64,000 bases of DNA from Mobula hypostoma (lineage: Eukaryota): NCBI RefSeq assembly GCF_963921235.1, contig NC_086097.1, positions 34,226,001 to 34,290,000 on the forward strand, read 5' to 3'. The first letter of the stretch is position 1, and each line of letters begins with the position of its first letter. Below are positions 24,185-37,751 of this stretch, piece by piece. A model generated the notes under the pieces. That model saw only the letters and a program-made list of their open reading frames with translations. It ran no database searches and was not told the origin of the DNA. Made by a program: the position numbers and the translations under genes.

Positions 24185-24773
24185 CGCTGCCCTCCAGTGA
24201 AAAATGGTATCGTATCTGTTAAATAGGGGCCGTGGACAATTCTGATTTGATGGAGACCGACATGAAAGCACAGAGGAACATCTGGAGAAATTTCTGAAAC
24301 ACCAGTTCGCTGCTGTTGTTACTACACGGTTCGGAATCTTCCGGAGGAAAGGCCTCAAAATCCCCGGCCTTGCCTGCTTTTGGCGACCAAGATTGAGGTC
24401 GAATCGTTCGGACAGAGTACTCGGTGTTGGAGAGCTGATCGGAGGCTTGAAGTTTTCGGATGTCTCAGAGTCGGACTGTGGTCGAGCATGGCAGGGAGAG
24501 TTTTTCTTCCTTCTCCCGTCTGCGTGAGATGTGGGACATTTGAGAAACTTTGAACTTTTTACTGTGCTCATGGACTTCTTCATCAAGTTATGGTATTGTT
24601 GCACTGTTGTACTGTTGTAACTATCTGTTATAATTATGTGGTTTTGTTAGTTTTTTCAGTCTTGGTCTGTCCTGTGTTTTGTAATATCACACCAGAGGAA
24701 ATATTGTATCATTTCTTAATGCATGCATTACTAAATGACAATGAAAGAGGACTGTGTGTCTTCATAATCTAAT
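24185..24773 (+). mobile_element. ORF-less retroposon, relative of 60012-60715, 5'-truncated
   Basis: Shares acaattctgatttgatggagac, the internal layout and the ...gaggactg.gtgt...cataatctaat tail with the reverse complement of 60012-60715. Confidence 0.8.
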
Positions 24774-26429
24774 ATTATTTCACCTGCCATTGCTTCTTAG
24801 AAACCATGTGGCTGGCCACATGGATAACTTTATCCATTGTGTTCTTATTTCTCCATGGAATGCACATTCTGTACAAGGAGATAACTTCTTTCTATCTAGA
24901 AGAATTCATTTTTAACAGCAGCTATGAGCTATTAAATAAAAACTTGTGTCTGAGCAGGATAGGAAATTTGCTTTGGCTAAGAAATAGATAAATTCTAATG
25001 AATTCAAAAGCAGTTTGGATACCAAAGATATTTCATCAATCACTTCTGTGTCGGTCATGAAATTATTTTGCAAACAATATGTACTGTTTTAAAGAGCAAT
25101 TAATTTAAGGTGATTATATCATTTACTTGTTTCTTTGTGAGGAACCATTTTGAGAGAGTCACACTTTGAATTGAAACCACAGCACTGAGCTAATAAATAT
25201 CTGTTTTAATGTAGCTTTGGAAAGAATATTGTTTAGCAAGACAATTCAGCAACATGAGGATAATGTAATGATGCATCTTCTGTTTTGCTTTCCTTTTTTT
25301 CATAAACACTTCATAGAAATATACATCTCAACAGGAAATAGACTTATTTACAAAGCAGAACACTTGACCTTTTACTTGTTGTTTCTTCATGCCCCTGCTT
25401 AAGACTAACTGTTCTGGTCATCATCACAGAGCAAGCATGCCACATACAGTAATTGTCTTGTTCAACAGCATCACCTTATGTCAAACACATAGACACGGAG
25501 AGTACAATATCTTCCAGAAGATAGAGGAACTGCCCGGCTGCTCTTTTATTTAAAGAAAGACATTTTTGAAATACATTTTATCTTACACTTCAACTCTTTA
25601 GTACCAGTATATTTCACATCATCAAAACTGGCTTTATCTTTTGAAATTAATAGCGATTATAAATCTAGTCTAGTATCCAAATGGCAATGTCTTCCCAATC
25701 TTCTTGCAAATTCTAGTGATTCAGTGGATGCTAAATCTGAATTCAAGGGAAGTTATGTTCCGTTATCTGCCATGTTTGGATCTGGTACTTCACTTCCTGA
25801 TGTCTGCCTTGGATTCAACTCAGACAAAACTTAATGACAGAGTGGTTCATCATCGAGACATGATTCATCTCCAGCTTAGACCATTTGTTCTATTAGAACA
25901 CCAGCTTCCAATGCCAATTTCAACCAATTATCTCCTGGCTCTGAAGTTCTCTATCTCGTTCCCTCCTTCCATCCTCTGAGCTGACTGGGGTGAGTTAAGA
26001 ATATAAAATGCTTTGTTTTGGAAATTACATTCCTTCTTCTTAGTGCCACAACGACATTTTGACTCAACTGTCTCAGTTCAATTCTCGATGCCACATTTCG
26101 TTGAACAAGGCTCAATCTTGGTCTCAAGCAGATCCCCATTGATGGTTCTGCAGGTGCATGCCCCACAGCAGTGTACACTTATCTCTTTAGCAAAGCGATG
26201 TTTCATGCTCCGCTTTGAATATTCCTGAAACATTTGCTTCAAGAGAGCTTTCTTAACTATTCTAACTGACCTCCAGGCTATCACATGAAGTCAGATGATG
26301 TGAGGGAACAAGAGCATGTTTGATATCATTCTGCTAAGTTAAATTTACTGGTATTTTAAAACTGGAGGTTATTTTCAGAAACTGCCAAAACCAATGCGTG
26401 ACAATACTAGATCCAGCATCATGCCAACA

Positions 26430-26525
26430 TCAGAGAACTGATGCAGGGTCTCAGTTCAAAATGTTGACTCTTTATTCTTTTCCATAGGTGCTGCCTGGCC
26501 TTCTGAGTTCCTCCAGCATTTTGTT
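26430..26525 (+). mobile_element. Penelope terminal remnant with degenerate hammerhead
   Basis: ctgatgcagggtctcagttcaaaatgttgact...gctgcctggccttctgagttcctccagca. Confidence 0.65.
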
Positions 26526-26914
26526 CCAATGTCAACTTAGAACTCAGGCTTATATCATACTGGACAGTTTAATTCATTCCCTCGTGGAACTCCTGTCAAG
26601 AGTCAATGCTCATTTTTTTTTCCTTCAGAATTTTGTAGATGTCAATTACAGTAAGTGTGCTGAAGGTCTTTTGTAGGTCGATGAACTCAAAGACGAGAGC
26701 TACATTTTGTTCCTGTCTTTTTTCTCACAACAAGCAGAGTGTAAAGACCAGATACAAAAGATTCCTTCCAAAAATACAAAACTCAAGGAATCGATATGAA
26801 CAGTCACTAAGTCCACCTGTTCCATTTCGAGATAATTACTACCTATCAGTGTTGATCTCAAATATTGCTCCAAGTTTTAGAAAATTTGATGCACAAGTCA
26901 TACTTTGGTGCAGT

Positions 26915-27635
26915 TTTTAATTCTTTTTCTTTTCAAATCTTTTTATTGTTATACAGGAAAAATAACATGAGTACATTGAAGTAACAACACTTACAATGCC
27001 TCAAAAAAAACATTATCTTAAAGATTGAAAAAAATTTTGTGATAACAAAAAAAACCTTCTAAGCAGAAAAGTGAGAGAGAAAAAAGAACCTATTAGGTGT
27101 ACAACCCCGGAGTCATGCGTCATACAAAAAGCTTCTAAAAATAAACATCAAACCGCCAGCAAGAAAAGAAAATATACTAAAAAATTTACAATTAGATCAT
27201 GGAAAAATTATATCAATTAACTCAAATGATAATAACGAGCAAATGAGACCCATCTTTTCTCAAAATCAAATGAAGGTTCAAAGGATCGACTTCTAATTTT
27301 CTCCAAACTAAGACATAGCATCACTTGAGAGAACCATTGTGACAAAGTGGGAGCTGATGTATCCTTCCACTTCAACAAAATGGCCCTCCTAGCTATCAAT
27401 GTAACAAATGCAATAACATGTTGGTCAGACACAGAAATACCATGAATATTTTGAGGAATTATTCCAAAAAGCACAGTTAAGTTATTAGGTTGTAAATTAA
27501 TTTTAAGCGCTTTAGAAATTGTTGAAAAAAACAACTTCCGGAACTGTTCCAATATAGAACAAGACCAAAACATATGTGTCAGTGTAGCTATCTCAGTTTT
27601 ACATCTATCATAATGACTATCAACATTAGAAAAGC
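26915..27635 (-). mobile_element. L1-clade LINE 3' end
   Basis: ORF 27217..27762 contains the DRCKTEIATLTHMFWSC (CCHC-type) motif and IARRAILLKWK; polyA signal and A-rich tail at ~26915-26946. Confidence 0.85.
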
Positions 27636-27819
27636 AGTTTTTAATTATTACAGAGATAATTAGCAACTTTCCACCCAGCCAGCACAAATCTAACAAGTGC
27701 ATCTTTTGTACAGCAAATGCACTCAGCTTTATGGCTAATATTAATAACATAATAAAGTACAATAAAACTCATCTGTATACAATTCACAGAAGATGTTACT
27801 TCATTATTTCATGGCTTTA

Positions 27820-28125
27820 TGTGTGTTAGCCATGCCTAACCAATCTTATAGTGATTTTGAGTAGGTTACCACGAAGGTTGAGGAAGGAAAGTCAGTGGAT
27901 GTTGTCTACATGAACTTTAGCAAGGCCTTTGGCAACGTCCCATATGAGATAGTGATCTAGAAGGTTAAGACACTTGGCATTCAGGATGAAGTAAACAATT
28001 GGATTCAACATTGGCTTAGTGGGAGAAGCCAGAGAGTTGTAGTAGATGGTGGTCTCTCTGACTGGAGACCTGTGACTAGTGGTGTGCTGCAGATATCTGT
28101 GCTGGGAGCATTGTTGTTCATGGTT
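27820..28125 (+). mobile_element. CR1 RT fragment
   Basis: VDVVYMNFSKAFGNVP...NWIQHWLSGRSQRVVVDG..SDWRPVTSGV. Confidence 0.85.
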
Positions 28126-28129
28126 GACC

Positions 28130-28692
28130 AAACAATAGAAGAGCAAAAGGCTCCAGTGCCCTGAAGAGAGGAGTGAAGATCTTGGAGAGCAAGCGAAATC
28201 AGCTCTTGCCTCCAATCTAGGCCGGTGTTTAAATTGTCTAAACAGCCTATCGTACCTCGCACTAGGATCCAGGCACCACTGCTGTGAAAGGCTCCGGGCC
28301 TAGAACAAGCCACCCAGTGACTCACTCAGGGCCAAGATTTTGTCACCAAGCCCAAAACCACTCTCAAGCTCTTCAAATCAGCTCAGTGCCCAGATTGATC
28401 CAATCTCAAACCCCGGCCAGTTGAATGAGCAACAGAACTTCCCTGCCCAGGCTCCGACTTCTCCTTTCAGTGCCTAGAATGGATGGGCATCAGAACTCCA
28501 TCTGCAACACACCATCTTGGCTCATCCCCTGAACTCACTTCACCATCGCTTGCCCCTTCATTAGTTGCGGTGATCATTTAACACAATTGACACCAGTAAA
28601 GGTATTTTTAGCGATGTTTTTAGTTGGATTTTTTAGCTTTTTGACCAACAGAAAGCTGTTGCACTCATTTAGTTGTGCCACCTTAACCAGAG
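28130..28692 (-). mobile_element. 5' UTR/head of a LINE-derived element, inserted in CR1
   Basis: Ends in gtgccaccttaaccagagg, a degenerate reverse complement of a cttccggttaagatggcg-type head; no ORF. Confidence 0.4.
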
Positions 28693-28809
28693 GTTATCCA
28701 GAAATTTAGAGTGTTGTGTATGATTCTGGTCACCACCCTACAGTAGACATCGCAATAAGTATGAAGAAGGTACAGAGAAATTTTACAGGGATGTTGTTGG
28801 GACTTGAGA

Positions 28810-31800
28810 TAGAAAATGCATCTCAAAAGGGCAATGTTACAATAGTCATGGGGATTTCAATATGCAGGATATAAGGAAAATCAGGTTGGTGCTGGATCCC
28901 AAGAAGGGGAGTTTGTAGAATACCTATCAAATGGCTTTTTAGAGCAACTCATGGTAAAGCTCACTAGGGGATCAGCTATTTCAGATTGGGTGTTGTGCAA
29001 CAAACAGAACTGATTAGGGAGCTTAAGGTAAAGAAACCTTTCGGAGACAATGATCATAATATGAACAATTCACCCTACTATTTGAGAAGAAGAACATAAG
29101 ACTATAAGAAAAAGTCAGATATATCAGTGGAGGAAAGGAAATCACAGAGGCATGATTGATTGGCAGGGAACACTAGAAAGAATGAAAGCTGAGCAATAAT
29201 GGCTGGAGTTTCTGGGAGCAATTCAGAAGGTGCAGGACAGATATATCCCAAAGAAGCAGTAGTATTCTAAAGGCAGGATTAAGCAACCATGGCTGGCAAG
29301 AGAAGTCAAAGCCAACATAAAAGCCAAAGAGAAAGCATATAATAGAGCAAAATTTCATGGGAAGTTAGAGCATTGGGAAGCTTTTAAAAACCAAGAGAAG
29401 GCAACTAAAATGTGAAAAAGGCAGCTTAATGTGAAAAAGATTAAGGAGCTGGTGGTAGACCTGAGGAGAGCTAAGGTACCGGTGACCCCTGTTTCCATCC
29501 AAGGGGTCAGTGTGGACATGGTGGAGGATTACAAATACCTGGGGATACGAATTGACAATAAACTGGACTGGTCAAAGAACACTGAGGCTGTCTACAAGAA
29601 GGGTCAGAGCCGTCTCTATTTCCTGAGGAGACTGAGGTCCTTTAACATCTGCCAGACGATGCTGAGGATGTTCTACGAGTCTGTGGTGGCCAGCGTTATC
29701 ATGTTTGCTGTTGTGTGCTGGGGCAGCAGGCTGAGGGGAGCAGACACCAACAGAATCAACAAACTCATTCGTAAGGCCAGTGAAGTTGTGGGGATGGAAT
29801 TGGACTCTCTCACGGTGGTATCTGAAAAGAGGATGCTGTCCAAGTTGCATGCCATCTTGGTCAATGTCTCCCATCCACTACATAATGTACTGGATGGGCA
29901 CAGGAGTACATTCAGCCAGAGACTCATTCCACCGAGATGCAGCACAGAGCGTCATAGGAAGTCATTCCTGCCTGTGGCCATCAAACTTTACAACTCCTCC
30001 CTTGGAGGGTCAGACACCCTGAGCCAATAGGCTGGTCCTGGACTTATTTCATAATTTACTGGCATAACTTACATATTACTATCTAACTATTTATGGTTCT
30101 ATTACTATTTATTATTTATGGTGCAACTGTAACGAAAACCAATTTCCCCCGGGATCAATAAAGTATGACTATGACTATGACTGAAAAAGTCATTAAGGAA
30201 AAGATGGAATATGAAAGTAAACTAGTCAATAACAATAAGGAGGATACCAAAAATTTCTTCAGATATATAAAGTGTAAAAGAGAGGTGAGGGTATATAACA
30301 GACTGCTGGAAAATGACGTTAGAGAAGTAGTAATGGGGGACAAGGGAATAGTGGATGAACTGAATAAGTATTTTGCATCAGACTTCACTGTGGAAGACAC
30401 TAGCAGTATGGTGGAAGTTCAAGAGTGTCGGGGCAGAAGTGAGTGAAGTTACCATTACTAGGGAGAAGGCTCTTGGGAAACTGAAATGTCTGAAGGACAT
30501 AAGTCACCTGGACGAGATGGTCTACACCCCAAAGTTCTGAAGGAGGTGGCTGAAGAGATTGTGGGGCCATTAGTAATGATTTTTCAAGAATCAATGGATT
30601 CTGGCATGGTTCCAGAAGAATGGAAAATTGCAAATGTCACTCCACTCTACACAAAGGGAGAGAGGCAGAAGAAAGGACACTCTAGGCCAAGTAGTCTGAC
30701 CTCAGTGGTTGGGAAGGTGTTGGAATCGATTGTTAAGGATCTGGTTTTGGGGTACTTGGAGGTATGTGATAAAATATGCTGAAGTCTGCATGGTTTCCTT
30801 AAGGGGAAATCTTGCCTGACAAATCTGTTGGAACTTTTTGAAGAAATAACAAGCAGGATAGACAATTGGTTGATGTTGTGCACTTGGATTTTCAGAAGGC
30901 CTTTGACAAGGTGCAACATGGGAGGCTGCTAACAGGTTAAGAGCCCATGGTATTACAGGGAAGATTCTAGCAAGGATAAAGCAGTGGCTGATTGGCAGGA
31001 GACAAAGAGTGGGAATAAAGGGAGCCTTTTCTGATTGGCTGCCGGTGACTAGTGGTGTTCCATAGGGGTCCGGGTTAGGACTGCTACTTTTTACATTATA
31101 TGTCAATAATTTGGATGAAGGAATTGATGGCTTTATGGCCATGTTCGTGGATGAGGTGAAGATAGGAGGCAAGTGGTATTGAGGAAGTAGAGATGCTACT
31201 GAAGGAGTTAAACAAATTAGGAAAGTGGGCAAAGAAGTGACAGATGGAATACAGTGCCAGGAAGTGTATGGTCATGCACTTTGGTAGAAGAAATGAAAAC
31301 ATGGACTATTTTCTAAATGGAGAGAAAATTCAAAAATCTGAGGTGCAAAGGAACTTGTGAGTCTTCATGCAGGATTTCCTAAAGGTTAATTTGCAAGTTG
31401 AGTCAGCGGTGAGGAAGGCAAATGTAATGTTAGCATCCATTTTGAGGGGATTAGATTAAAAAAGCAAGGATGTAATGTTAAAGCTTTATAAGGCACTGGT
31501 GATGCCTCATTTAGCGTATAGTGAACAGTTTTGGGCCCCTTACCTAAGAAAGGATGTGCTGACATAGAGATCTCGTTAAAGCAGATTTGGAGAGGACGTT
31601 TCCTATGGTGAGGAAGTCTAAGATCAAAGGACACAGCCTCAGAATAGAGGGCCATCCATTTAGAACGGAGATAAGGAGGTTTTTTTTCAGCCAGAGAGTG
31701 GTGAATCTGTGGAACTCGTTGCCACGGGCAATTGTGGAGGCCAAGTCATTGGATATATTTAAGGCAGAGGTTGATAGGTTCGTGATTAGTCAGGACATGA

Positions 31801-31930
31801 AGGAATACAGGGAGAAGGCAGGAGTCTTGGGTTGAGAGGGAAATGGATCAGCCATGATGAAATAGTGGAGAAGACTTGATGGGCCAAATGGCCTAATTCT
31901 GCTCCTATATCTTATTGTCTTATGATCTTG
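28810..31930 (+). mobile_element. Long CR1 ORF2 remnant (EN to 3' tail), split by a Rex/Babar insertion
   Basis: VMGDFN, KSPGRDGLHPKVLKEVAEEIV, WKIANVTPL, GKSCLTNLLE and FFSQRVVNLWNSLP motifs, with a CR1 tail at ~31910. Confidence 0.9.
29421..30182 (+). mobile_element. Young 5'-truncated Rex1/Babar insertion
   Basis: Uninterrupted 199-aa ORF 29431..30030 (YKYLGIRIDNKLDWSKN...QSRLYFLRRLRSF), AATAAA and a (CTATGA)n tail. Confidence 0.92.
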
Positions 31931-31934
31931 AGCT

Positions 31935-32360
31935 CCTGGCTTATAGGGAAAGGTAGAATAGATTAGAACTTTATTCCCTGGAGTGCAGGAACATGAGGGG
32001 AAATCTTATTCAGGTATAGATAGGGTGAATGTAAGCAGGTTTTTCCCCTCAGGTTGGGCGAGACAGGGACTAGAGGTCATAGGTTTTGGGTGAAAGATAA
32101 ACTATTCAAAAAGGATCTGAGGGGAAACTTCTACTCTCAGAGGGTGATGCAAATGTGGAATAAGCTACTAGAAGAGGCGGTAGATATGGGTTCATTTGTA
32201 CCATTTACAGTAAGAGAAGTTTGAATAGGTACGTGGATGACAAGGGGTTACAGGATATGGTTTAGGTGCAGGTATATGATATAGACAGAAGATTTGGTCA
32301 GCATGGACTAGATGGGCCTCAGGGCCTGTTTCTGTGTTGTAGTGCTCTGCGACTCAGTCT
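31935..32360 (+). mobile_element. CR1 3' end
   Basis: RLELYSLE...TRGHRF...NFYSQRV motifs and the 3' UTR. Confidence 0.8.
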
Positions 32361-32479
32361 TTCTTTACAAATGATTTACTAAGCTGTGAAAATGCAGTGA
32401 CCATTTTTACATTACAGAATATGCCCTGAATCACATTGTCATCTGCAGCCATCTCCACACAGAAACAAAATTCCTCACA

Positions 32480-33000
32480 AAGCTAAAGAAATTTAACAAT
32501 GTCCCCAGTGACCTTAACCAATTTTTACAGATCTGACATAGAAACTATTCTATCCAGACACATCACAGCTTGGTATGGCAACTGCTCTACCTAAAACAGC
32601 AAGAAATTTCAGAGTTGTGGGCACTGTCCAGTCTCTCAGGAAAAGCATCCTCCCCTCCATTGGCTCTGTCTACCTCAGGAAAGCAATCAACAAAATCTAG
32701 GACCAACACCTCCTGCCCATTTTCTCTTCTCCCCGTCTTCCAATGGGAAGAAGATACAATCTACCAAGTCAAGGTCAGATTCTACCTCATTGTTATAAAA
32801 CTCGTAAACAGACCTCTTATAGGATAAAAGATAAACTCTTGATCTTTCAATCTTCCTCATCTTGGCAATCAAACTTTATTTACCTACCCACAATGCATTT
32901 CTGTAACCTCGGCAGTGTATCCGCCATTGTTTATCTTTTAACTACCTGTGTATTGGGCCATTCGTATGGCACACAAACTACATGTGACATAATTAACTAA
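32480..33000 (+). mobile_element. Degraded Rex1/Babar 3' fragment
   Basis: IETILSRHITAWYGNCS remnant. Confidence 0.7.
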
Positions 33001-33769
33001 TATAGGCATACAAATGTTGGATTGATGGAAAATATTAAATAAATATAAGAACGTCCATAAAACTCCAGTCTTGTAGAAAATATATCGCCTTCTTTACCTC
33101 ATCCAAACCCATTTCAGGCTAACAGAATGCTTAATATATTATTGAAATTGTACATTCCATTAGGAAAATGTGATGTAATTTCCCTTCAAGTTTCAAAGAG
33201 GCCAGTGCAGTATTAAGAAACTATATTCTCTTATACGTAAGAGAAGCATCCATGAGATTTCTGATAGCAACTTTCAATGGAATGCACAATCCAAGCACCA
33301 AATTTAATTACAGATAGAATATCATCCTCTAATTACTTCTACAAAAAGCTTAACTGCGAAAAGCAGAAGATCCCTCTGTTCAGCTGTTTCAAGCAATATT
33401 AATCAGCAAGTAAATTTACTTTAAATTTTATATACATTACAATGATAGCTTTAAGCATTAAAGTGCTTCTAATGTGAGAGATTGTATACTGAACTGATTA
33501 TATCATCCAATTCATGTTTGATCAGCTCCAGTTCCTAATTCCCACTTTAAATACTGGTTTTGCAGCTCATTGTAAAAGACACCACAGTGGCTGCTATGAG
33601 ATGCTGCTTGTTATTATTATCCAACATTACATTCATTATATTCTTTTTCGCTTTTGCATGTTCAATCTCTAAGATGCTGAATGCCATGAATAACAGGAAG
33701 TTTCAGATAACAGCAGATTTCTAAAATCCTTTCTCTTGAAGAAAGATACTGACCTGCACTTACCAGTAC

Positions 33770-34120
33770 AACTTCCTCCGGTCCCGCAACCCTCTGAAAT
33801 TCTTGTGCCCTTCAGATCTGGTTTCCTGAGCATTTAGAATTTTAATCATTCCACTCTTAACAGTCAACTGCCTGGGTCCTAAGCTCTGGAATTTCCTTCC
33901 AAAATCTCCCTGCCTCTCCAACTTTCAGGCAGAGACTATGGATCCCACAACTAGTGGCATTAAAAAGGTAAGGACTTGAAGGTGACCATGAAGCTTTCCT
34001 CTTCAGCCCAGTTTTGGTCACCTGCCTTAATATCTCAATGCCGTTTTGTCCCTTAACTTGAAAGTCTTTGAGAAGTTCTACCTCATTAAAGCTGCTATAT
34101 TAATGGAGATTATTAGTATT
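33770..34120 (+). mobile_element. Old L2 LINE 3' end
   Basis: ctgcctgggtcctaagctctggaatttccttcc...ttttggtcacctgcc...ttaaagctgctatat resembles chondrichthyan L2 3' ends. Confidence 0.6.
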
Positions 34121-36109
34121 TGTACTCCGTTATTCACTTTAGCACATTGAAGAATAGCAGAGCAAAATTCAAACATAATTAGAAGATAATCACAGTAAAT
34201 TATTGCATACAATAATCCAGCAATTCAGTGGGTTTTCTATGTTAAATTCTGCTCAAGCATCCTCATTAGTTGTTAATTTTGTTTAGATTTGCTGAATTGT
34301 TACCTTTCCCAACATTTCATATGTTAGGACAAATAATTTTCATCTTCATTTAACATGACAACCAACTTACTTCTAGCCTTTTTTTTAAACCAATAATCCA
34401 TTGACGATCCTTAGGTTTACGCTTTAACCATTGCATGCGAGTAAATTAACTTTGCTTGGAAAGTGACTGATATCTGATTGGCTGCTGCAATACACCAGTC
34501 TGATTTTTCATTTCATTCATTTTTAATTAAAAGAGAAAGCAGCAGAAACACAAAATGTGCAGCTAATTCAACATTGTCTATTTTACATCACTGCCCAAAA
34601 TTGATATTATTGCACCATTTCCCGAACCAACCATGCACCCTGCCTTCTATGTCACAATCAAAACTGTCTGTGATCCAGGGACTCTATAGTGGGGGGATAA
34701 TTGTTTTAGTCTCTTTTCTTGGTTTCCTAGTAACAATTTTTCAGTGGAGTTGCTCATACCATATTCCCCTGGAAGAAATTGTCTTTCTCTCTTCATTATT
34801 CTATTTTATATATGATTCCTAAGACAAAGACTTATGCAAATGATCTACTCCTGTGGGCAGGTAGGGAAGAATAGGTGTGTGTACGCATTTGATGGTGGAA
34901 GAGTGGAGTGATAGTGAAGGGTCATTGTGGAAAGGGAGCATTACTGCCCATCCTAACTTCCTTGAGCTGTGTGGCTGAGGAGACCATTTCATTTCATACC
35001 ATTGCTATGAGTACAGGTTCAAATACAAACCAGATAAAGATTCAGATTCCCATTTCTAAAGTTCATAAGTGGACCAGGAAAAGTTTTTTTAAATTTACAT
35101 ATTTGCATTGTCACTATTACCAGTACTGCCCTTTTTTTATTCCATACTTCTCTGAATTTAAACTCTGCAGCTGCCAGAGTGGGATTTTAACCCATTATTA
35201 GATCATTAGTCCAAGCATTTGAATTGCATAAGCACCCTTCAATTATACAAAAATAAGCATCTCATCTGGCATCAGTGTATAGCCTAAACTGAGATTGCAA
35301 CTCAGCGGCAATGCAGCTGTGTCTTCAGAATGGGGGACTTACTCTGACACAAGCTCCAAATGGGTGCTCTGGACTCGGCTTAACCCATCGTATTGGAGAG
35401 ACTGAGATCCAGCTTGCACAGTCAGATGTCTACCCTGAAAAGCTTGGTGCAGCAAATGGATGAGGGCATAAGCAGTCGTGCGTCATCATGGTAATAAGTA
35501 AACATAGGACTGAAAGTGAGGTGGATTACCATTCCCTTCACATATTCAAGCTATTTCATTGTGGTCAATGAGGAAGATGTTACATCGACCAGCCTGGGGA
35601 AGAATTTATTGAAGATCATTTAACTCCCCAGCATGAAAGGAAACCATTGAGTGCCAATATTCCTAAACTAGCCCCTGGCATATTGTGTTGTTAATTAGTA
35701 CAAAATGGTAGCATGGTTTACCTGATTTGAAATTAGCAAAAAAGAAATTAAATGGATTCCTTTTGGACATCCCTTCCTCTTGCCTACGTGTGCTACGCCC
35801 CAGTGATCAGCACATATTAAAAGATGCTGCACTGTGCCCTTTATAGCACTTGATCAATTCCAAATAGTTTGTGTCCAACTTTTGTCTCAAGAGGTTAGTT
35901 TGATATTCCATTAATTTGTAATTCAGACTATGCTGCAATTTCACAGAAAATTACAAAAGGAAGCATATCATTTAGCTCAGTGGGTGCTCATTCTTCACAC
36001 AGGTTCCTCACTGAACACTGTCTTTGCATTCTCATTGTTAACCTATCTTCTGCACCTTGCTGCTTCATCCTTCTGTAACCACCGCCCCCCCCCCCGCCCC
36101 CAGGCAGTA

Positions 36110-36610
36110 CATTCCAAATTTCAGATGTACTCTGGGTGAAAAAAATCTTTCTCAAATCCTCCCCTAAATCTCTTCTCCCTCATCTTAAACCTAGTTCTTT
36201 AGCTGCAGACACCTCCGCTAAGTTTCTCAAGTTGTACACTATCCAAGCTTCTCGCAATTCCACAGTAGGTCCCTAATCCCTGTTGAAAACAAATTCAGTC
36301 TATCCTGTTTCTCCTGGCGACTGAAGCACTCCATCCCAGTGAATCTCCTCTCCTCCCATCGCATCCCACCGCCACCCCCCGCCCCCAGTGCAATCATATC
36401 CTTCCTACAGCATAGTGGTCAGACTATACACAATAATCCAGCTATGGCCTCACCAGTGGGTTATATCGCTGGGCCAATCGCTCTATATTCTATGCTCAGC
36501 TAACGAAGTGTATGTGCTCTGTACAGTTTTCACCGGTGCTGCTGCCTTCAGTAATCCTAGACCTTGTATACTAACTCCCTCTGTCCTCCGTACTAGGTAC
36601 TGAGCCTCTC
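36110..36610 (-). mobile_element. Degraded CR1
   Basis: Antisense FFTQ.. and LVRP.LDYC remnants. Confidence 0.6.
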
Positions 36611-37640
36611 TGCATCCTACCATTTATAGTTTATTTATTAGATTTCACACTTTGGCTTTCGTGTTGTTTCTGATTGTAAATTTTACCAAGACCAAGAGCG
36701 AAGTGTGACATCAGGACAAACACCTCTGACCATCTGATCAGCCCATCGAAATGTCTACCGCAGTCCTCACTTTCAACCATCATAACATTGTCAAACTTAT
36801 TAAGCATACCTCCTACTTTCAGACTGTTAGTGTATGTAGCAAACAGGAGGGTCTGAGCAGTGAACGCTGTGGATCTTTGTTCCCAAACTCTACCTCCACA
36901 GTCAGGCCATTTGGAAATGTCCTGAATCACATGCTCTTCCTATTGCAGACCAGGTACAAAATTCTTAAATCTACAATTTGGAAAAGGCTTTTGCCTCATA
37001 CCCAGTGGTGCCTATTAACGTAAGGAGAGTCTTCTAGTGAAGACAATCAAAGGTTGAGACAGGGGAGTGGGCAACCAGCCTCTCAAAGTTAGGAGGTGGG
37101 GTGTAGGGACCTATCAACAACTCTCATAAGTTTAAAGGTCTCTAGGACCACTGTGGAATAGAAGGGGAAATTACAAAAAGACGGATTTACATTGGAAATA
37201 AGCCAATTTGCAGCCAACCGCTTAAATGGTGAGAGACCTAATTAGCGCGGATAAACGAGATCGAAGTAGCCTTAGCTAACCAAATCGGTTTGCACGATAT
37301 GTCTTTTCCCCGGTGCCAAACGTCACCGTACGGAGCAAGAAGGAGCAGAGAGCTTCTGTTGAAAAGATGCGTGTCTGCAGTAATTCTTCCCTTTGGTCTG
37401 CCCAGCTCCATAGGAACCGCTCCAACAACACAGTGACATCTTCATTTAAACTCGTTACTATAGCAGCGCATATTTGATTTGGACCGCAGCCAAACCCTTC
37501 AATATCCGTTTATAATATGCTCCCCCTCCCACCAAAAAAGGGGGTGATACCCCCCCCCCATAAAGAAAGGGTTCTGTCAGTGTAAGGCTATTAAGCAGTA
37601 ATTTTTTGTTCGGCAGTCGGAATCGTGACGTGCCGTTTAC

Positions 37641-37751
37641 CTGGCTCGGTGCAGTTCTTTGTGTGGGTACCGTTGTCCTTCACCACTGCCATTAACTTCC
37701 TGTTCCACCACCTGAGGTCCCGCGCCGCTTGTTGTCCAGTGTTCTCTTGCT
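37641..37751 (-). CDS. SLC24A4: SLC24A4/NCKX4 coding exon 2 (extracellular N-terminal loop)
   Basis: aacag|AGCAAG...GAGCCAG|gtaaac, 111 nt, phase 1-1, in frame with exon 1: EQENTGQQAARDLRWWNRKLMAVVKDNGTHTKNCTEP. Resembles human WRNRKLMAPVNGTQTAKNCTDP; both N-glycosylation sequons (NGT, NCT) are kept. Confidence 0.93.

Larger units (their letters stand above)
1..37640 (-). other. SLC24A4: SLC24A4 intron 2, 5' part (>37.6 kb, continues beyond window start)
   Basis: GTAAAC donor after exon 2. I found no exon encoding the expected next motif (xxHEFPxDxF) on the minus strand of 1-37640 by eye. A long intron 2 is typical of SLC24A3/4. Confidence 0.75.

Noticed and set aside
25400..26284. Possible alternative terminal exon (tgtttcag|GAATATTC at 26224) in unique intron sequence
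   Set aside because: Weak pyrimidine tract; it would add only 12 residues before a stop, and there is no homology or expression evidence.
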